This document shows, piece after piece, positions 40,396-53,200 of a DNA stretch of 53,565 bases. Source of the DNA: Vitrella brassicaformis CCMP3155 (Eukaryota; Protista; Chromerida); assembly GCA_001179505.1 (NCBI GenBank), contig CDMY01000549.1, forward strand, positions 1 to 53,565. The letters run 5' to 3'. The notes beneath the pieces are model-generated. The model was not told the DNA's origin. It saw nothing but the letters and a program-made list of their open reading frames with translations, and did no database searches. Made by a program: the position numbers and the translations under genes. How positions within the stretch are numbered: position 1 is the stretch's first letter; every line of letters begins with the position of its first letter.

Positions 40396-41239
40396 TCAGC
40401 CCCTTCCCTTCTTGCCGGCCTTCCTGCCTTTCTTGCTCAGGCCCAGCTGTTGCACATATGGCTCGCGCACTGCTCGAACATCCTTCGGCCAGCCTGGATT
40501 CACACCATATCAAACAACACCACGAATGGAAACAAATGGATAAGTGGCTTCCTTTTCAGTGGGTCCATCGAGAGTGCTTCATGCACATACCGTCCTTGAG
40601 GATGGCCCATAGCCTGCGAGCAGGATAGCACCTCCACATCTCATACCCATCTCGCTCATTCTTCCCGCACAGCTCGTGGGCGCGCAAAGAGAAGCTCCAT
40701 CCACCGCTCTTCAAGGTGAAGCCGAGCCCGTTTCGATATGTGCACCTGTCCGGCGCATCGTACACCTGGTCAATTCTCTTGAGAGGCCGGAACGCTGCAC
40801 TGAACAGACCCACCCAAGGAGAGTACGGGAGCAATACGCACGGGTGATGTGTGTCTGTGTATGCGCGCGTGTGCGTGTGTACCTACCGTGCTCGCGCTTC
40901 ATCCAGTGCTCTCGCAGCGGCCGTGCGGTGGGGCCTCCTTGGTGAACACCCACTTGCGGAACAGCAGGAACTGCTGCTTAAGCAAGCAACTGCTCCTGCT
41001 TCCCTAGCCTGTATGTCCACTGCAGGTCCGCGACAATAAGCTGGTTTCTTGGCCGCCTCAGCTCCCTCTTCTTCGCGTTCTCGGCGCTCTGCCCAGTACT
41101 TCTTGGATGCTGCGGAATGGCTCTTTCTGCCTTCGTCGCCGCTCTCTTGCCTCAGAACGGCGCTCCATTCGGCTTTCGCTACCTGCGAACAACAGACGGA
41201 TACAGCAGCAGATCCACCGGTGCTAAAGAAGGTCAACAT
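40396..41239 (-). CDS. Hypothetical protein (three phase-compatible exons, basic C-terminus)
   Basis: ...ARALDEARAR|AAFRPLKRIDQ...RRLWAILKDG|WPKDVRAVREPYVQQLGLSKKGRKAGKKGRG* joins through GT-AG introns in consistent phase. No domain recognised; start uncertain. Confidence 0.5.
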
Positions 41240-41592
41240 GCTGCTTTCTCACACATCTCGCAAGTGGGGCAGGTTGTAGGGTTTGGGCTACAGGGTTACG
41301 AACCCTGTTTTGGTTTCTGAATTTTCTCCCGAGGTTGTCTCTCTCTCTCTGTTCTCGTCGGAGACAGTCCACCTTACCTGCCAATCGAGATGGATTGCAC
41401 GCCCGTGTCTGTGAAATCGCTTCTGCCGGGTGGCTTCTGCGGCGTTCTGCCCATTTCAGAGGTGAGTGGACACACACAGAGAGAGAGAGATCCATGTTGC
41501 AGCACGAACAATGGCACTTACATCTCAGAATTCGGCTCTTTTCATCGCGGCATCGCGGCAGAACCTGGACAACACACGCAGATGGGAGGTAG

Positions 41593-42870
41593 GTGCGACC
41601 TCACTCACCCTACGACACACAGATCATGCCACGCGACGCCTGCTTGCTGCTTGTGTATGCTCGTCATTCAGGACTGCCCTCTTGCGTCCTTGCAATGGGG
41701 ATTCGTCGGGGCACACTTACACTGGAGTGGGCCACGCAGCTGCTGGACATGGGAGCCGACGCCAGCTTCACCACGGAGGACTCAGGGGAGAGCCTCATCA
41801 ATCTGGTCATCAAGCATCACAGAACGGCTGAGAGTCTGTCCATTGTCCGCCTGCTCATCGAGAGGGGAGCTGACATCAACCATTGCGGCCAGTCGGATTA
41901 TCTATGGGATCCTCGCGCCCGGCCGCCGATCCAGCAGGCCCTCGTAAAGGGCCGTTATGACGTCGCCCATCTGCTCCTGGATGAGCCCAATCTGAGCCTC
42001 ACCGCATTGCGTGGTGGGCTGCTGTGGCGTGTGGCGGTCTATGCGCGTCATGGCACCGTGTCGTCTGCTGACAAGCTGGCCATGGTCAAGAAGCTCGTGA
42101 GGATCGGTGGAGCGGCGCTTATCAGCACTTCCTCGTCCCGGGGCTGCAACGCGCTTCACAGCTTCTGTGAGTATCCTCTCGCGTACCCCTCTGCTCAGCT
42201 TGCAGTCATCGCTTACCTCATCAACAAGGGAGGGCGGGAGATTGTTGACAAGAAGGATTTCTCGGGTCGCACCCCTCTCCACTACGCGGCTCGGAGCGGG
42301 TGCCCTCCAGTGGTGCTCCGGCTGCTGCTACGCAAGGGAGCGTCGATCACGGCAGCGCATCCCTTCTATCTGCACAAGGAGGCACAGGGGAGGCTGTTGA
42401 CGGCATACCGTTACTACCTCCGCTGTGAGCTGCCGGTCCAGGTGAGCATTGCGGCGAAGACCGCCCTCCTGCCTGGTCGCGCGCTGGCCAGCACACCACT
42501 GCCGGATGGCGTCACTGATAGCATTGAGTGCCTCATCGGTCTGTCCAGCCCGCCCACTGTCGACATTCCCATCGGTGAGCAGCCCTTCGGCTGTCTCATC
42601 AATCTGCTGGTCAACGGCTACCTGTCATCAGCCTACGAGTGCATTCGGCAGACGGGCAGCACGGAGGCAATGGGAAGTCGGCTTGACGATGTGCTGCAGC
42701 AAGTGCGCGAGACAGCCAAGAGTGAACGAGGGCGGTTCGATGTTAAGCCGGTCGGCTGCCGCCGGGTGATCGAGCGCGCAGCGGGCGGAAATGGCTGGAG
42801 GGACGGGGGGGATACTGTCTGTAGTGTGAATATGTATGTGCACATGCTCGTGTACACTCTTTGTCATTAG
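41593..42870 (+). CDS. Ankyrin-repeat protein, single long coding exon (paralog A; 5' end uncertain)
   Basis: Long ORF with VRLLIERGADIN, PPIQQAL, NALHSFC and GRTPLHYAA..VLRLLLRKGASI. A probable splice acceptor lies near 41670. Confidence 0.75.
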   Translation: MRPHSPYDTQIMPRDACLLLVYARHSGLPSCVLAMGIRRGTLTLEWATQLLDMGADASFTTEDSGESLINLVIKHHRTAESLSIVRLLIERGADINHCGQSDYLWDPRARPPIQQALVKGRYDVAHLLLDEPNLSLTALRGGLLWRVAVYARHGTVSSADKLAMVKKLVRIGGAALISTSSSRGCNALHSFCEYPLAYPSAQLAVIAYLINKGGREIVDKKDFSGRTPLHYAARSGCPPVVLRLLLRKGASITAAHPFYLHKEAQGRLLTAYRYYLRCELPVQVSIAAKTALLPGRALASTPLPDGVTDSIECLIGLSSPPTVDIPIGEQPFGCLINLLVNGYLSSAYECIRQTGSTEAMGSRLDDVLQQVRETAKSERGRFDVKPVGCRRVIERAAGGNGWRDGGDTVCSVNMYVHMLVYTLCH

Positions 42871-43748
42871 CCCGTCTGCCTGTCTGCCTGCCAGCCTGTG
42901 TGCGTGAGCTCAGGATTTCGCCATGTATCGCTTTGTACCAGGGGATGTGACAATAGCGTATGTATGTATGTGTGTACGTGTGTATACAGGTGTGTGTCCA
43001 TGTGTACAATATCTCTTTGTGCATGTCCATGACATTAGCCCGCCTGCCTTCCTGCCTGCCTACCTGTGTGCGTGAGCTCAGGTGGGTGTCTCGCGATACG
43101 TGTCGCGATCGATCGCTGTGTCGTGATTGATGTGTGACCGACCGACTGATATCGGTCGACCCATTTTGTACGTACGTAATTGACGTCTATGTGTGTACGT
43201 AACATACGTACGTAGGTATCACGTCTCACGGACAGGTGTGAGCTCTATATCGTGGGTCGATGGCTGACGGGCCGGCTGGCTTTGTTTCATACGTTGAATA
43301 AAGGTGATTGATTGGTCCTCTGTATGCTTGTATACAACACACAAATAGCAAACAAGACAGTCTTTCTTGAATCAATGAATGGATGGATGGATGCGCGATT
43401 GATGAGCAAACAAACGAATGACCGATTTCCTCATGTATCGCGTCACACGACATCCCTGCCACCTCGCTGCATGCACTCTGCACTGATCTCCTGGCTGTTC
43501 GCCCTTGCCCATTCGCACCTCAGCAACGAAGCCGATTTGCAAATGAGGTGGGGCTCCACCCAACAGCAGTAGTAGGAACACCGAAAGCAGGCGGCCACCG
43601 CAATCGCCGCATCCCTAGGATGCGTCTACCGTCAGCCTGCCGCAACTGTCCTCTCGGCGACACGTCTGATCTCTCTCTCGGCCGATGTCGCCCAACAGCA
43701 CCACCCACTAGAAGCACCACACTGCCAGCATCAATGTCCACCGGCGGG

Positions 43749-45395
43749 CTAAGCTTCATAGTAGGCGGTGGGCACCGCATCGACCGAAGTGAGCTCCCGC
43801 TCGCCAGACTGCTGGGACAGCAGCAGGGCATGGTGCATTGGGTGGGTGGGGTGGGCGGATGCATAGGTGCGAAGCTGCATCCATGAGTGGAAGTAGTGGG
43901 CCGCAATGAGACCCGCTGCTGCGCCGACAGCCACGTCGGACAGATGGTGCCGATTGTCCGTCACACGAGATACGGACACTGCAGCAACAAACCGGGCAAC
44001 AAACCACACACACGCATCACGTCTGTGGGCTGAGTCCGGGTCTCTCACCTGTGATGGCGACCAGGGCAGCGGCTATGTTACAAAGCTGATGAAGGGCCTG
44101 CAGTGGAGCACAGGCAACAGTTTGTTGTGTGTTGTATGCACAAGACAAGGGCTGAGGATCATGGACACACACGCTTCGCCTCACCGGCGCCTTCTTCGGC
44201 GGCCAATGATGCCTTAAATAAAGCTGACAAGACACACACGGCAGACGGATACGGCCTAGAGAGAGGTGGATTATCAAGATTTCCTCTCTCCCTCCTGCCT
44301 GACTGCCTGTCTGTCTTCCTGTCTGATCGAGTCACTCACCACTAACAGGCCCATTGCATAGAAGCTGCAGGCGGCATGGCCAGATGGGAATGAGAGACGA
44401 CCTGTGGCCCGAACACAGAGATCACAGACGACGAGTGAGGCAGTCTGTCTGGTGTGAGTAGGTCCATCTCACCCTGCAGGATCGTCCGTTCGTCGCCCTT
44501 ACAGACACCAACCTGATATCCTGCACACACACACACACACGTATGTTCGCGTGCCGGCTGTGTCGGCGCAGCTGGTTGGCTTACCGACCTTACCGACCAG
44601 GATAGAAGTCTTGCGGCTGATACGGGGCATACTTCGGCTGACACCTGCTGATAAAATCAGGCCGCAACCTGCCCACCATCTTCTTAGTAAGATCCACAGC
44701 GATGCCCAGCACAAACAAGCCCAGTGTGCTGCCATATAGCTGTCGTGACCAGGCCACTCTCGGCCGCAGCCTCAGCCAGAACAGATCAAGACACAGTAGC
44801 AACACCTGCAGCAGTTGCCAAGCGAACAAACGGTACATTCATGTGTGTGGCTGATGGTGTGGCTGCTGGCTGACCAGGGTGGCAGCAACAATGGCCGCGA
44901 GCGTCCATGCAGGTACGATCTCTCCGCTCTTCATCGGCGAAGATATCGAGGTGTCACTGAAACAAACACACGCACAGTTGACGAGCTCACCATCCACAGC
45001 GACTCATTCATCCCATTCATCTGTCATCTCCCTCACCCTTTGAAGAACGACCTCTTGACAGCCACGCCAGGCACCAGTTCTGCGAAGGCAGCAGCAAGGC
45101 CAACACCCACAAATAGCGCCCCATCGGTCCAGTGCGCCACGGCACCCGCAGCGTTGCCCCGCATTTCCTCGTAGGGCCCCTCTACGTCCACCGACACGTC
45201 GGCCTGCTTCTCTGCGGCTGCTGTTGGCTGCGGTGCTGTGGACGAGTTGGGAAGGGCTGATGGATCTGGCTCATTGGACGACGGCCGTTGCTGCAGCTCA
45301 CGATAAGACGGACCGTTGCCGCGCTTCTGCATCTTTGCCCATCTCCCTTGCCCTTCTCTCCTTTGAGAGGGAGGCGGGTCGCTAGGGTGCTCCAT
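43749..45395 (-). CDS. PAP2-family lipid phosphate phosphatase (multi-exon, membrane protein)
   Basis: All three motifs are present: C1 KKMVGRLRP, C2 G|RLSFPSGHA, C3 SRVTDNRHHLSDV. Hydrophobic segments lie between them. Confidence 0.88.
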
Positions 45396-45680
45396 GAAAC
45401 CGCTACTCCGAGGTGGGCTCAAGCGGCAGTTCTTTTCTTTTCCTTCGTCGGAGCTGCTACAGGAAGGTAATCAGAAGTAATCATGGTGTGGATCTATGAA
45501 GGCACCGACGGATCATCTATCACCTGTGATGTTTCGTTGCAGCTGGATCTTCCATTCGTTTGTTGTGACACGCACAGCAACTCGCTCTCACGTCATCGAG
45601 TCACATGGGAGGTTAGCCTGACGAAACAGTGCACCGGCGCCGGATACAGGACCTTGGTGTGTGTATGTGACTGAATGCAG

Positions 45681-46939
45681 GACTCATCTCAACCCATGAC
45701 ACGTCCCGGGATGATGGCAACGACATTCTCATCCTTCCTGATGGCACCAACGCTGTCGCCTCTCACGAGATCGTCGACGGCATCAGGGACGGCACTCTCA
45801 CTCTGCACAGGGCAACTGATCTGCTCGTCAACGAGGGAGCCAGCGCCCATTGCATTGTGAGAGTTGGGAAGGGGTCTCGCAGCCCCATCCAGCTGGCCAT
45901 CGAGCATCACAGGACGGCTGACAGTGTGGCCATCCTTCGTTTGCTCATCGAGAGAGGAGGCCCTGACATCAATTACTCCGGCGATGGTAACCTATGGGAC
46001 CCGCCTGTCAGGATGGCGATTCGTTGTGGTCGATATGACTTGGTCAACCTGCTGCTCGACTGTCCGGATGCGCAGCTGAGAGAACTGGGGCTGCTCTGGT
46101 GTGTGGCGTTCTACGCACGGGGGGGTGCCGTGTCAGCCGCCGAGAAGCTGGCCATGGTGAAGAGGCTGGTGAGAGTCGGCGGAGTGGCGCTCATCAGGGA
46201 GGGCGGCGGCCCCGGCAATGCGCTTCACTGGTTCTGCCGGTGGCCTCTCGCCGACCCGTCTGCTCAAATGGAGCTCATCGCTTATCTTGAGCACAAGGCT
46301 GGACGGCCGATCGTTGACGAGATGGATTCGGCAGGCAGGACCCCTCTCTTTCTGGCCTACGAATCGCACTCTCTGGCGTCTGTCCGGCTGCTGCTGCGCA
46401 AGGGGGCGTCTATCACGGCAGCAGGCGTGACGCCCGAGGGCCTGCGAGAGGCAGGGAGAGTTGGACAAGAAGAGATAAGGTGGACGAGAGCAATCGTATA
46501 CTGCGGCTATCTGCGTCGCGATTTCCCGAGGCAAGTGAGCATCCCCGTCAAGACGGCCCTGCTGCCCATCCGAGCACTGACGAGCACCCGCCTGCCTGCG
46601 GACGTCATCGCGCGCATCGCGCAGTTCACTCTCGCCCCACGTGTGAGGGTTGTCATCCCCATTGGTGAGAGGTTCCTCGACATTCGCATCAACCGGCTGG
46701 CCAACGATTGCGTTTCTGCTGTATATCACAGCGTCCGAGAGACCGGCGGCCCGCAGGACATTGTGGCTCACCAATATGCCGACTTGATGCGGGAGATCCG
46801 TCGGACTGCCAGCAATCTGGTAGGGTGGTTCGAGGCGTTTTATCCTCCCAAACTCGCCAGGCACACTGCTGTATGTGTGCGGGTTGCTGGCCAGGAGTTT
46901 GTATTGGTAGCCGACAGACGCGGCTCTTCAGGGTGTTGA
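45681..46939 (+). CDS. Ankyrin-repeat protein, single long coding exon (paralog B; upstream exon not located)
   Basis: Colinear similarity to 41593-42870: GIR.GTLTL..AT.LL, LLIERG.DIN, LLW.VA.YAR.G.VS.A.KLAMVK.LVR.GG.ALI, GRTPL, LLLRKGASITAA, QVSI..KTALLP. The reading frame stays open back to a TGCAG acceptor at 45680. Confidence 0.75.
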
Positions 46940-47401
46940 CGTGGCTGGCGGCTATACTGGCAGCTGAACTTTTTATGAATAGTTGCTTTTTATAGCGTGC
47001 AATGTTGTGTACAATGTGACAGCCATTGGGGCAGGTCGGTATGCTGGACTGTGTGCGTGAACGACAGTGTCTTCGTGACAGTGTTCTGTGTCATTCCCAA
47101 ACCCTAGTACCACCTTGAGGACACATATCCAACTTATTCGTTGGAACGTGTCTTATGGCTGTGTCTGTGTGTGCAAGCTGTATATATACGAGCTCTGCGT
47201 CCGCTACTGCCACGAAGAGAAGGATTTGTCTACATGAAAGAACCATGAGATGCGACTAACATCCGGCCGCTGAATGCCTACCATCAACAAACACGCGCCC
47301 GATATAATGATTATTATACACATCTATCAACACAGCATGCAGCGAAATGAAAACACAACCGAAAAATACGCAAGAAGTGCAGTACTCTGCTGGTGCATGC
47401 C

Positions 47402-48891
47402 TCACTCCCAGTGTGCAAGTCGCCTCGTCAGCCACTCTCGTGCTCTCTGAATGCTGCCCTCTACAGTGTCACGCTTCAGCCGGCCCGCAATGGCGCCCAG
47501 CGCATCAACCAGACCGACATACCTGGACATCAACACACGCACACAGACAGGCACGAGCTTGGCTTATTCGACTGCTTTCTTTCCTTCTCGCTTTGTTGGG
47601 TATCAGTGAGGCCAACACACCTTTTGTGTGGGTCGAATCGGATGGCGTGGTAGAGTTTCTGCAGGCACACCGGGCAGAGGACAGAGGGGCGGCTGGCGGC
47701 CTCCAGGGCGTGGTTGCTGCCGTTCATGAGGCACTTGTAGTACACGCAGTGCTCCATCCCGAAGATGTGCCCGATCTCGTGTGTCATCGTCTGCATTGCC
47801 CGCCACAGCTGCATGGCACACGTGGATTCACAACACAACACAGCACAATACCAAAAGACAGTGAGTGTTGTCTCCCTCCCTCTCCCTATCTGTCTCTCTC
47901 TCACACACACCAGTGTAGCGCTTGTCTGCGGGCCAGGTGCCATTTCGCCGTAGAAACATGGGTCATGACGGGCGAAAGAAAACACACCGACCTGCATAGG
48001 TGAGAGCAAATGGAAACAGGGATGGATGGATGGATGCAGACAGAGACAAACCACTCACCCTTTCCATCGGCCTGGCCTGCCCGAACACAAAGTTCCACTC
48101 CTCGCCCTGACGACAGACGCACACGTGCACACACGCACCCATGCGAACAGCCGCACATCAGCCCGTCCCTCCCTTCCCCCGATTATCTACCGGATAGATG
48201 TCCTCCATAGTGAAGCCCACAACACAGAAGGCCCTCCGATGCCCCAGCACCTCTCGATGGGAGCCCATCAGCTGGAAGATGTCACCAATAAGATACTGCC
48301 GGTGCGTCTCGGCACCCTGTCTGCTCTCGCGGCTGCGGCAGTTGTGCAGCGATAGTGGCTTCGACAGCATGGCCACCTCCATACCGTCGTAGAATGCCCC
48401 GCAGTAGAGCCGCAGCAGCTCACAGAAGCCATCGGGCAGCGTCTTGTCGGTATTAATTCGGTCGCCCAGCGGCACCAAGAGGATCGTGTTGGTGTGCTCT
48501 GTCGGCAGCCGGCTCTTCATCCGTCGCATGTAGGCCCGCACCGTCTGGCCGGTCTCTCTGTGTGAGCCCAGCCAGTCGTGCCGCCCTGGTTTCGGCAGCC
48601 TGCATGCAGCGGTGGCACGCACAGAATGGCGTGTGCATGCATGCATCAGAACTCTGTGTTGTGTGTGTACCCACCGCTCATAGAAGGAATCCGATGACGA
48701 CAACGCCTTTCGTAGCGGAGAAGCCACGTCCGACAATTGCCCGACAGCGTCAGCACATGCGGCGTCGCTCACGTACATCGGGCGGCTTGGTGAGGCGTGC
48801 GGGGATGACCGTCACGCTTTTGAGCTGAAGAAAGACAGACAAGCAGATCAGCATCCGATCATACCGGCGAGGACAACCCACAATGTTGCAT
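47402..48891 (-). CDS. Archaemetzincin (peptidase M54) zinc metalloprotease
   Basis: PGRHDWLGSHRETGQT, TMEDIYP, FVFGQA, VGVFSFAR, HEIGHIFGMEHC (HExxHxxGxxH), CLMNGSNH (Met-turn), LCPVCLQKL. Stop TGA at 47402-47404. The 5' structure is ambiguous. Confidence 0.87.
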
Positions 48892-48911
48892 GAAAACACC
48901 GCATCAACGTC

Positions 48912-48923
48912 AGGGTTAGGGTT
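48912..48923. promoter_or_regulatory. Telo-box-like AGGGTTAGGGTT motif between the divergent archaemetzincin and RING genes
   Basis: Similar degenerate motifs occur at 649-667, 15627-15645, 41277-41306 and 47099-47107, mostly near gene starts. No functional data. Confidence 0.3.
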
Positions 48924-49099
48924 CTAGGACTCGAGCTCGCAACGCATATTCCCGCGTCGCCACCCGTCTACTGCAGCATCCTGTAGCGAAGCAGCGGCGA
49001 AAGACCGCAAAATAGTACGCACACACTCGAGAGTTGCTATTCATTCGTGCTGTTTGTTTGTTTGCTGTCATGCAGGCGTGCAGGCGTCATCAGGTTCAG

Positions 49100-49604
49100 A
49101 TGGGATCTGCTGTGTGCAAGTGTGTAGTGTGCCACGAGGACTATCTCGCGTGTGGCGACAGGGCGCCTCAAGTGCTCAGATGCGGTACGAGAGAGAGATC
49201 GGATGTGAACAGAGCAGCACACACGTACACACGAAATGGATGGATGGATGGATGGGTTGCTTGTGTGTGTTGGTCCGCTCTCTCAGGGCGCTCGATCTGC
49301 GGCCAGGTACGGGCGCAGCCATGACCACATTCGTATTGCACAGAATATACTTTTGGTTCATTCAGTGTGTCGGGCAGCTCATCGACCACCACCCCCATGG
49401 CCGTCGCGCAGCCATCTGCCCCAAATGCAGGTAAATAGGTAATCAATCGAACGAAAATCACAGTAAGCATTGATGCATGTGTTCCCATGTCTGCTGGTTG
49501 GCTCACATGAGTGCAGGAAGGAGACCGCGGAGACTGACGTGAGTCCCAACCACGACATGCGAGAGCTGCTGGCCTTTTTGGCGCCGACAGGCTCCCTCAC
49601 GTGA
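49100..49604 (+). CDS. Small RING-finger (C3HC4-like) protein, His ligand replaced by Arg
   Basis: Four exons give CVVC-HEDY...RAPQVLRC|GRSICGQ|CVGQL...AICPKC|R...PNHDMRELL. Both ends are uncertain. Confidence 0.62.
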
Positions 49605-50295
49605 GCGAGAAAAGGGCGCAGAGAACGGCTGTGCCATTCCGTGTCGGTTCTTTGGTGCATGGCTGTGTGCAGGTGGGCTGCGCAGTGGCTGGGCTACACG
49701 CTTGTCTGGATGCCGCTGCGGGTGGGCATCTCTCTGCTGGGGCACGCCGACACAGAGGAAATGTACTATGTACTATGTGTACATATTATGGTGAATTATG
49801 TGTACATACTTGATACACATACCTATGTGACGTCTGTGCGTGTCTGCGTGTGTGTGCGCATGTCGGTGTGTGTGTGTGCTGCCGAAAGGCGACATGGACA
49901 ACGAGAAGAGTCGGTCTGCACTGCGTGTCTTTGCTTGTTATCAACCGCGTGGATGAGTGTGTTCTCTCTCGTTCATCGACTCATTGGATAAACCAAGTCA
50001 CGAATGCAACCGATAAAGGCACACACACGCATACCCAAACAGACGCAGCAGAGAAGCCCTCTGCCAGAGATACGTACGCTCATTCAGTCTGATCGGTTTC
50101 TGCCTCCCAGAGCGGCAGCATACATACCGACACATACCTACCAATAAAACACTAACCCAAATCCATGATGAATACTACCCGTCAGCTGCTGCACATAGGT
50201 ACCGTCAGCCAGCCGGGATGCGCCCCATCGGCTTTGAGCTCGGCACAACCTCGCATTCTTTCTCCACCTTGAGCTCGGGGCTTGTTCTGGTTTAC

Positions 50296-53200
50296 TCATG
50301 TTCCTGTTGCTTCGGCGGCTGCTCTAGTGGCTGAGTAGGCAGCATAGGGATCTTCGGGGGCCGGGTCAGGGATCCCTGCTGCTGGCCCCTGCTGCTGCTG
50401 GTCGGACCCGGCAGAAATTGGCCTGGGGGTCCCGACTGCTGGTTGCTGCTGCTGCTGCTGCTGGTCGGCATTGATCCGGGGCATGTCGCCGCAGTCACCG
50501 CCGTCCCAGCCGCACTCCTCAGTGAAGCACTCGGGGTCGCACATACCGTCGGCGTACCAGTACTGTGACCGACACATGCCGCTGCAGGTGGAGGGAATCG
50601 ACGGTGACGCTGATGCTGATACATTAGACAGAACACACATGCGGAGAGGAAGAACGGTGTGTGCATGTGGCTGTGTGATGTGGTGTACGGACCGCATGGT
50701 TGTGTGTTGCATTCCTCAGTCTCTTCGAGGTCGGGACACTGCTCGCCGTCATCGGACGGCTCAACCTGTACCAGACAGAGAACAACACCCAGCCGTGTGT
50801 GCACATCACAGTTTGTTTGTTTGTTCTTGTGTACCTCGACTGTTCTGTTTCTGGTCCTGGAGCCGCCGCCGCACGACTTGGAGCACTCAGAGAAGTTGCC
50901 CCAACCACCCACCTTGCAGTCGACCGCTGCACGCAAGAGACACATGTAGACTCTCTCCATTCCCCTGCCTGTCTGTCTGTCTGTCTGACTCACTGACCAC
51001 ACGGGTCTTCGTTGCATGCCCTCTCTTCTGACAGCTCGGGGCACGGCGCACCGCCAGACTGATCAGGCTCCTGCGGGGCAGCAACAAGAGACACGCAGAC
51101 GTGCGGACGGTTGATACGGTAATCAGCCGTAATCGGGTGCGTGCATACTGACCACGACTGTTCTGGTCCTTGATTGTGTGCCTCCGCCGCACTGCTCTGA
51201 GCACTTGTCCCACCCAGACCAGTCAGACACCGTGCAGTCCGTCCCTACGTTAAACAACGACATCCATGCGTTCACACATGTGGGTGATGCTTATTTGTGC
51301 CGAGAGCTTCCTTACTGCATGGTTGTGTGTTGCATTCCTCAGTCTCTTCGAGATCGGGACACTGCTCGCCGCCGTCGGACGGCTCAACCTGCAGATACAT
51401 ACAGAAATGCGTGCCCAGACAGACAATAAAAAGGTATCCAGACTCTTGAACAGGTTGTTCTTGTGCACCTCGACTGTTCTGTTTCTGGTCCTGGTGCCGC
51501 CGCCGCACGACTTGGAGCACTCAGAGAAGTTGCCCCAACCACCCACCTCACAATCGACCGCTGCACAGACACATGATGGACTCTCCCTCCTCCATGGCTG
51601 CTTGTCTCACTGACCACACGGGTCTTCGTTGCATGCCCTCTCTTCTGACAGCTCGGGACACGGCGCACCGCCAGACTGATCAGGCTCCTGCGGGGCAGCA
51701 GCAGGAGACACGCAGACGTGAATTCATGACGCACCAGTATGCCCATAAATGAGTACTGACCACGACTGTTCTGGTCCTGGATTGTGTGCCTCCGCCGCAC
51801 TCTTCCGAGCACTTGTCCCACCCAGACCAGTCAGACACCGTGCAGTCCGTCTCTGCACCGATCAACGACATCCATGCATTCACACACACGGATGACGCTC
51901 AGAGAGGTCCCTTACTGCATGGTTCGGTGTTGCAGTCTTCCTCCTCACTGAGTGGGGGGCACTCCTCACCGTCGTGCTGGGGCTCAGTCTGACACACACA
52001 CGACACACACATACGTCTCTCCGTCCGTGGTGAGTGTGGGTTTGCCTTACGGTGATTTCTCTGCCTCGTCTCCGTTTGCCTCCGCCGCAGTCTTTGGAGC
52101 AGGGCGACCATATCGACCAGTCACCCACCACACACGCTACAGCTGATGTCACAACAGGGGGGACACACAAGACATGTGCAACGGATGCCCAATGTGTCTT
52201 TGTGATGCGTACGGCAAGGTTGTTCGTTGCACGGCGCCGTCTCTTCGAGTGCGGGACACTCCTCACCGCCGCCCTGCGGCTCGGCCTGCATATACATGGA
52301 TGCACACACGAAATGCATCGATGACGCACGTACGAGTGTGAGTGGTGTGTGGACGTACTTACCGTGACTTCTCGTGTTCTCTTCTTGACGCCCCCTTCGC
52401 ACGACTTGGAGCACTCACCCCAATCCTTCCACTCGCCAACCGCACAGTCGCGAACTGACAAACCATAGACACATCCATGTGTTAGCCGTGTGAGTGTGCT
52501 GACGATGAGGGTACCGACCTTGGAAGCACTCGTCGTTGTCTCCGCGGACGTAATTCTCTGCACAGACGCACTTGCCCACCCCGCTGCCGGCGCCCGGCTC
52601 GCCCTCGGGGACCCGCTGCACCTGCACACACACACCAACGACAGACACACAGACGGACATCCGTGTACGCATCTCTTTGTGTGTGTGGCTGGCTGGGTTC
52701 GTCCTTTACCTCGCAGACTTCGTTCTCCTCTTCTGAGCATTCGATCGTCGAACACAGAGACTCACAGCGACCGAACCTGCAGAGAGCCATTACACAACAC
52801 ACATCCATCCATCCATCCATGTGTGTATTCGTGAGCTGACCCGTCGTCTTGCGATTGGCAGGTCTCATTCCACTCGCAATAAGACGCCAGTTCAGTGCAA
52901 TTCAGACCTGGACACCATCGCACAGACACACAATCTCACCCACATCCAGGGGCCGAGTGGTTGTTTTGTCAACACGCACCAGGTTCGCAGTCGCCTCCGT
53001 CGAATCCGCATGCATAATTGTAGCACGTCAAGTCACACACCGAATCGTTGACCCACTCCAAATCACGGCAGTCCCCAAAACACGTCTCGGGAATGTCCAG
53101 CCTGTTGGTGCCGTTTTCTGTCTGCTGACCGTCAGGCTGTCGAGTGTGGTCTGGCTGAGAGGCAGAAGATGCTGGTACGGGTGGACCGCCCGTCTCATCG

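Noticed and set aside
42864-43082. Short direct repeat (CATTAGCCCG...GTGAGCTCAGG twice)
   Set aside because: A two-copy local duplication in microsatellite-rich intergenic DNA, with no sign of function or mobility.
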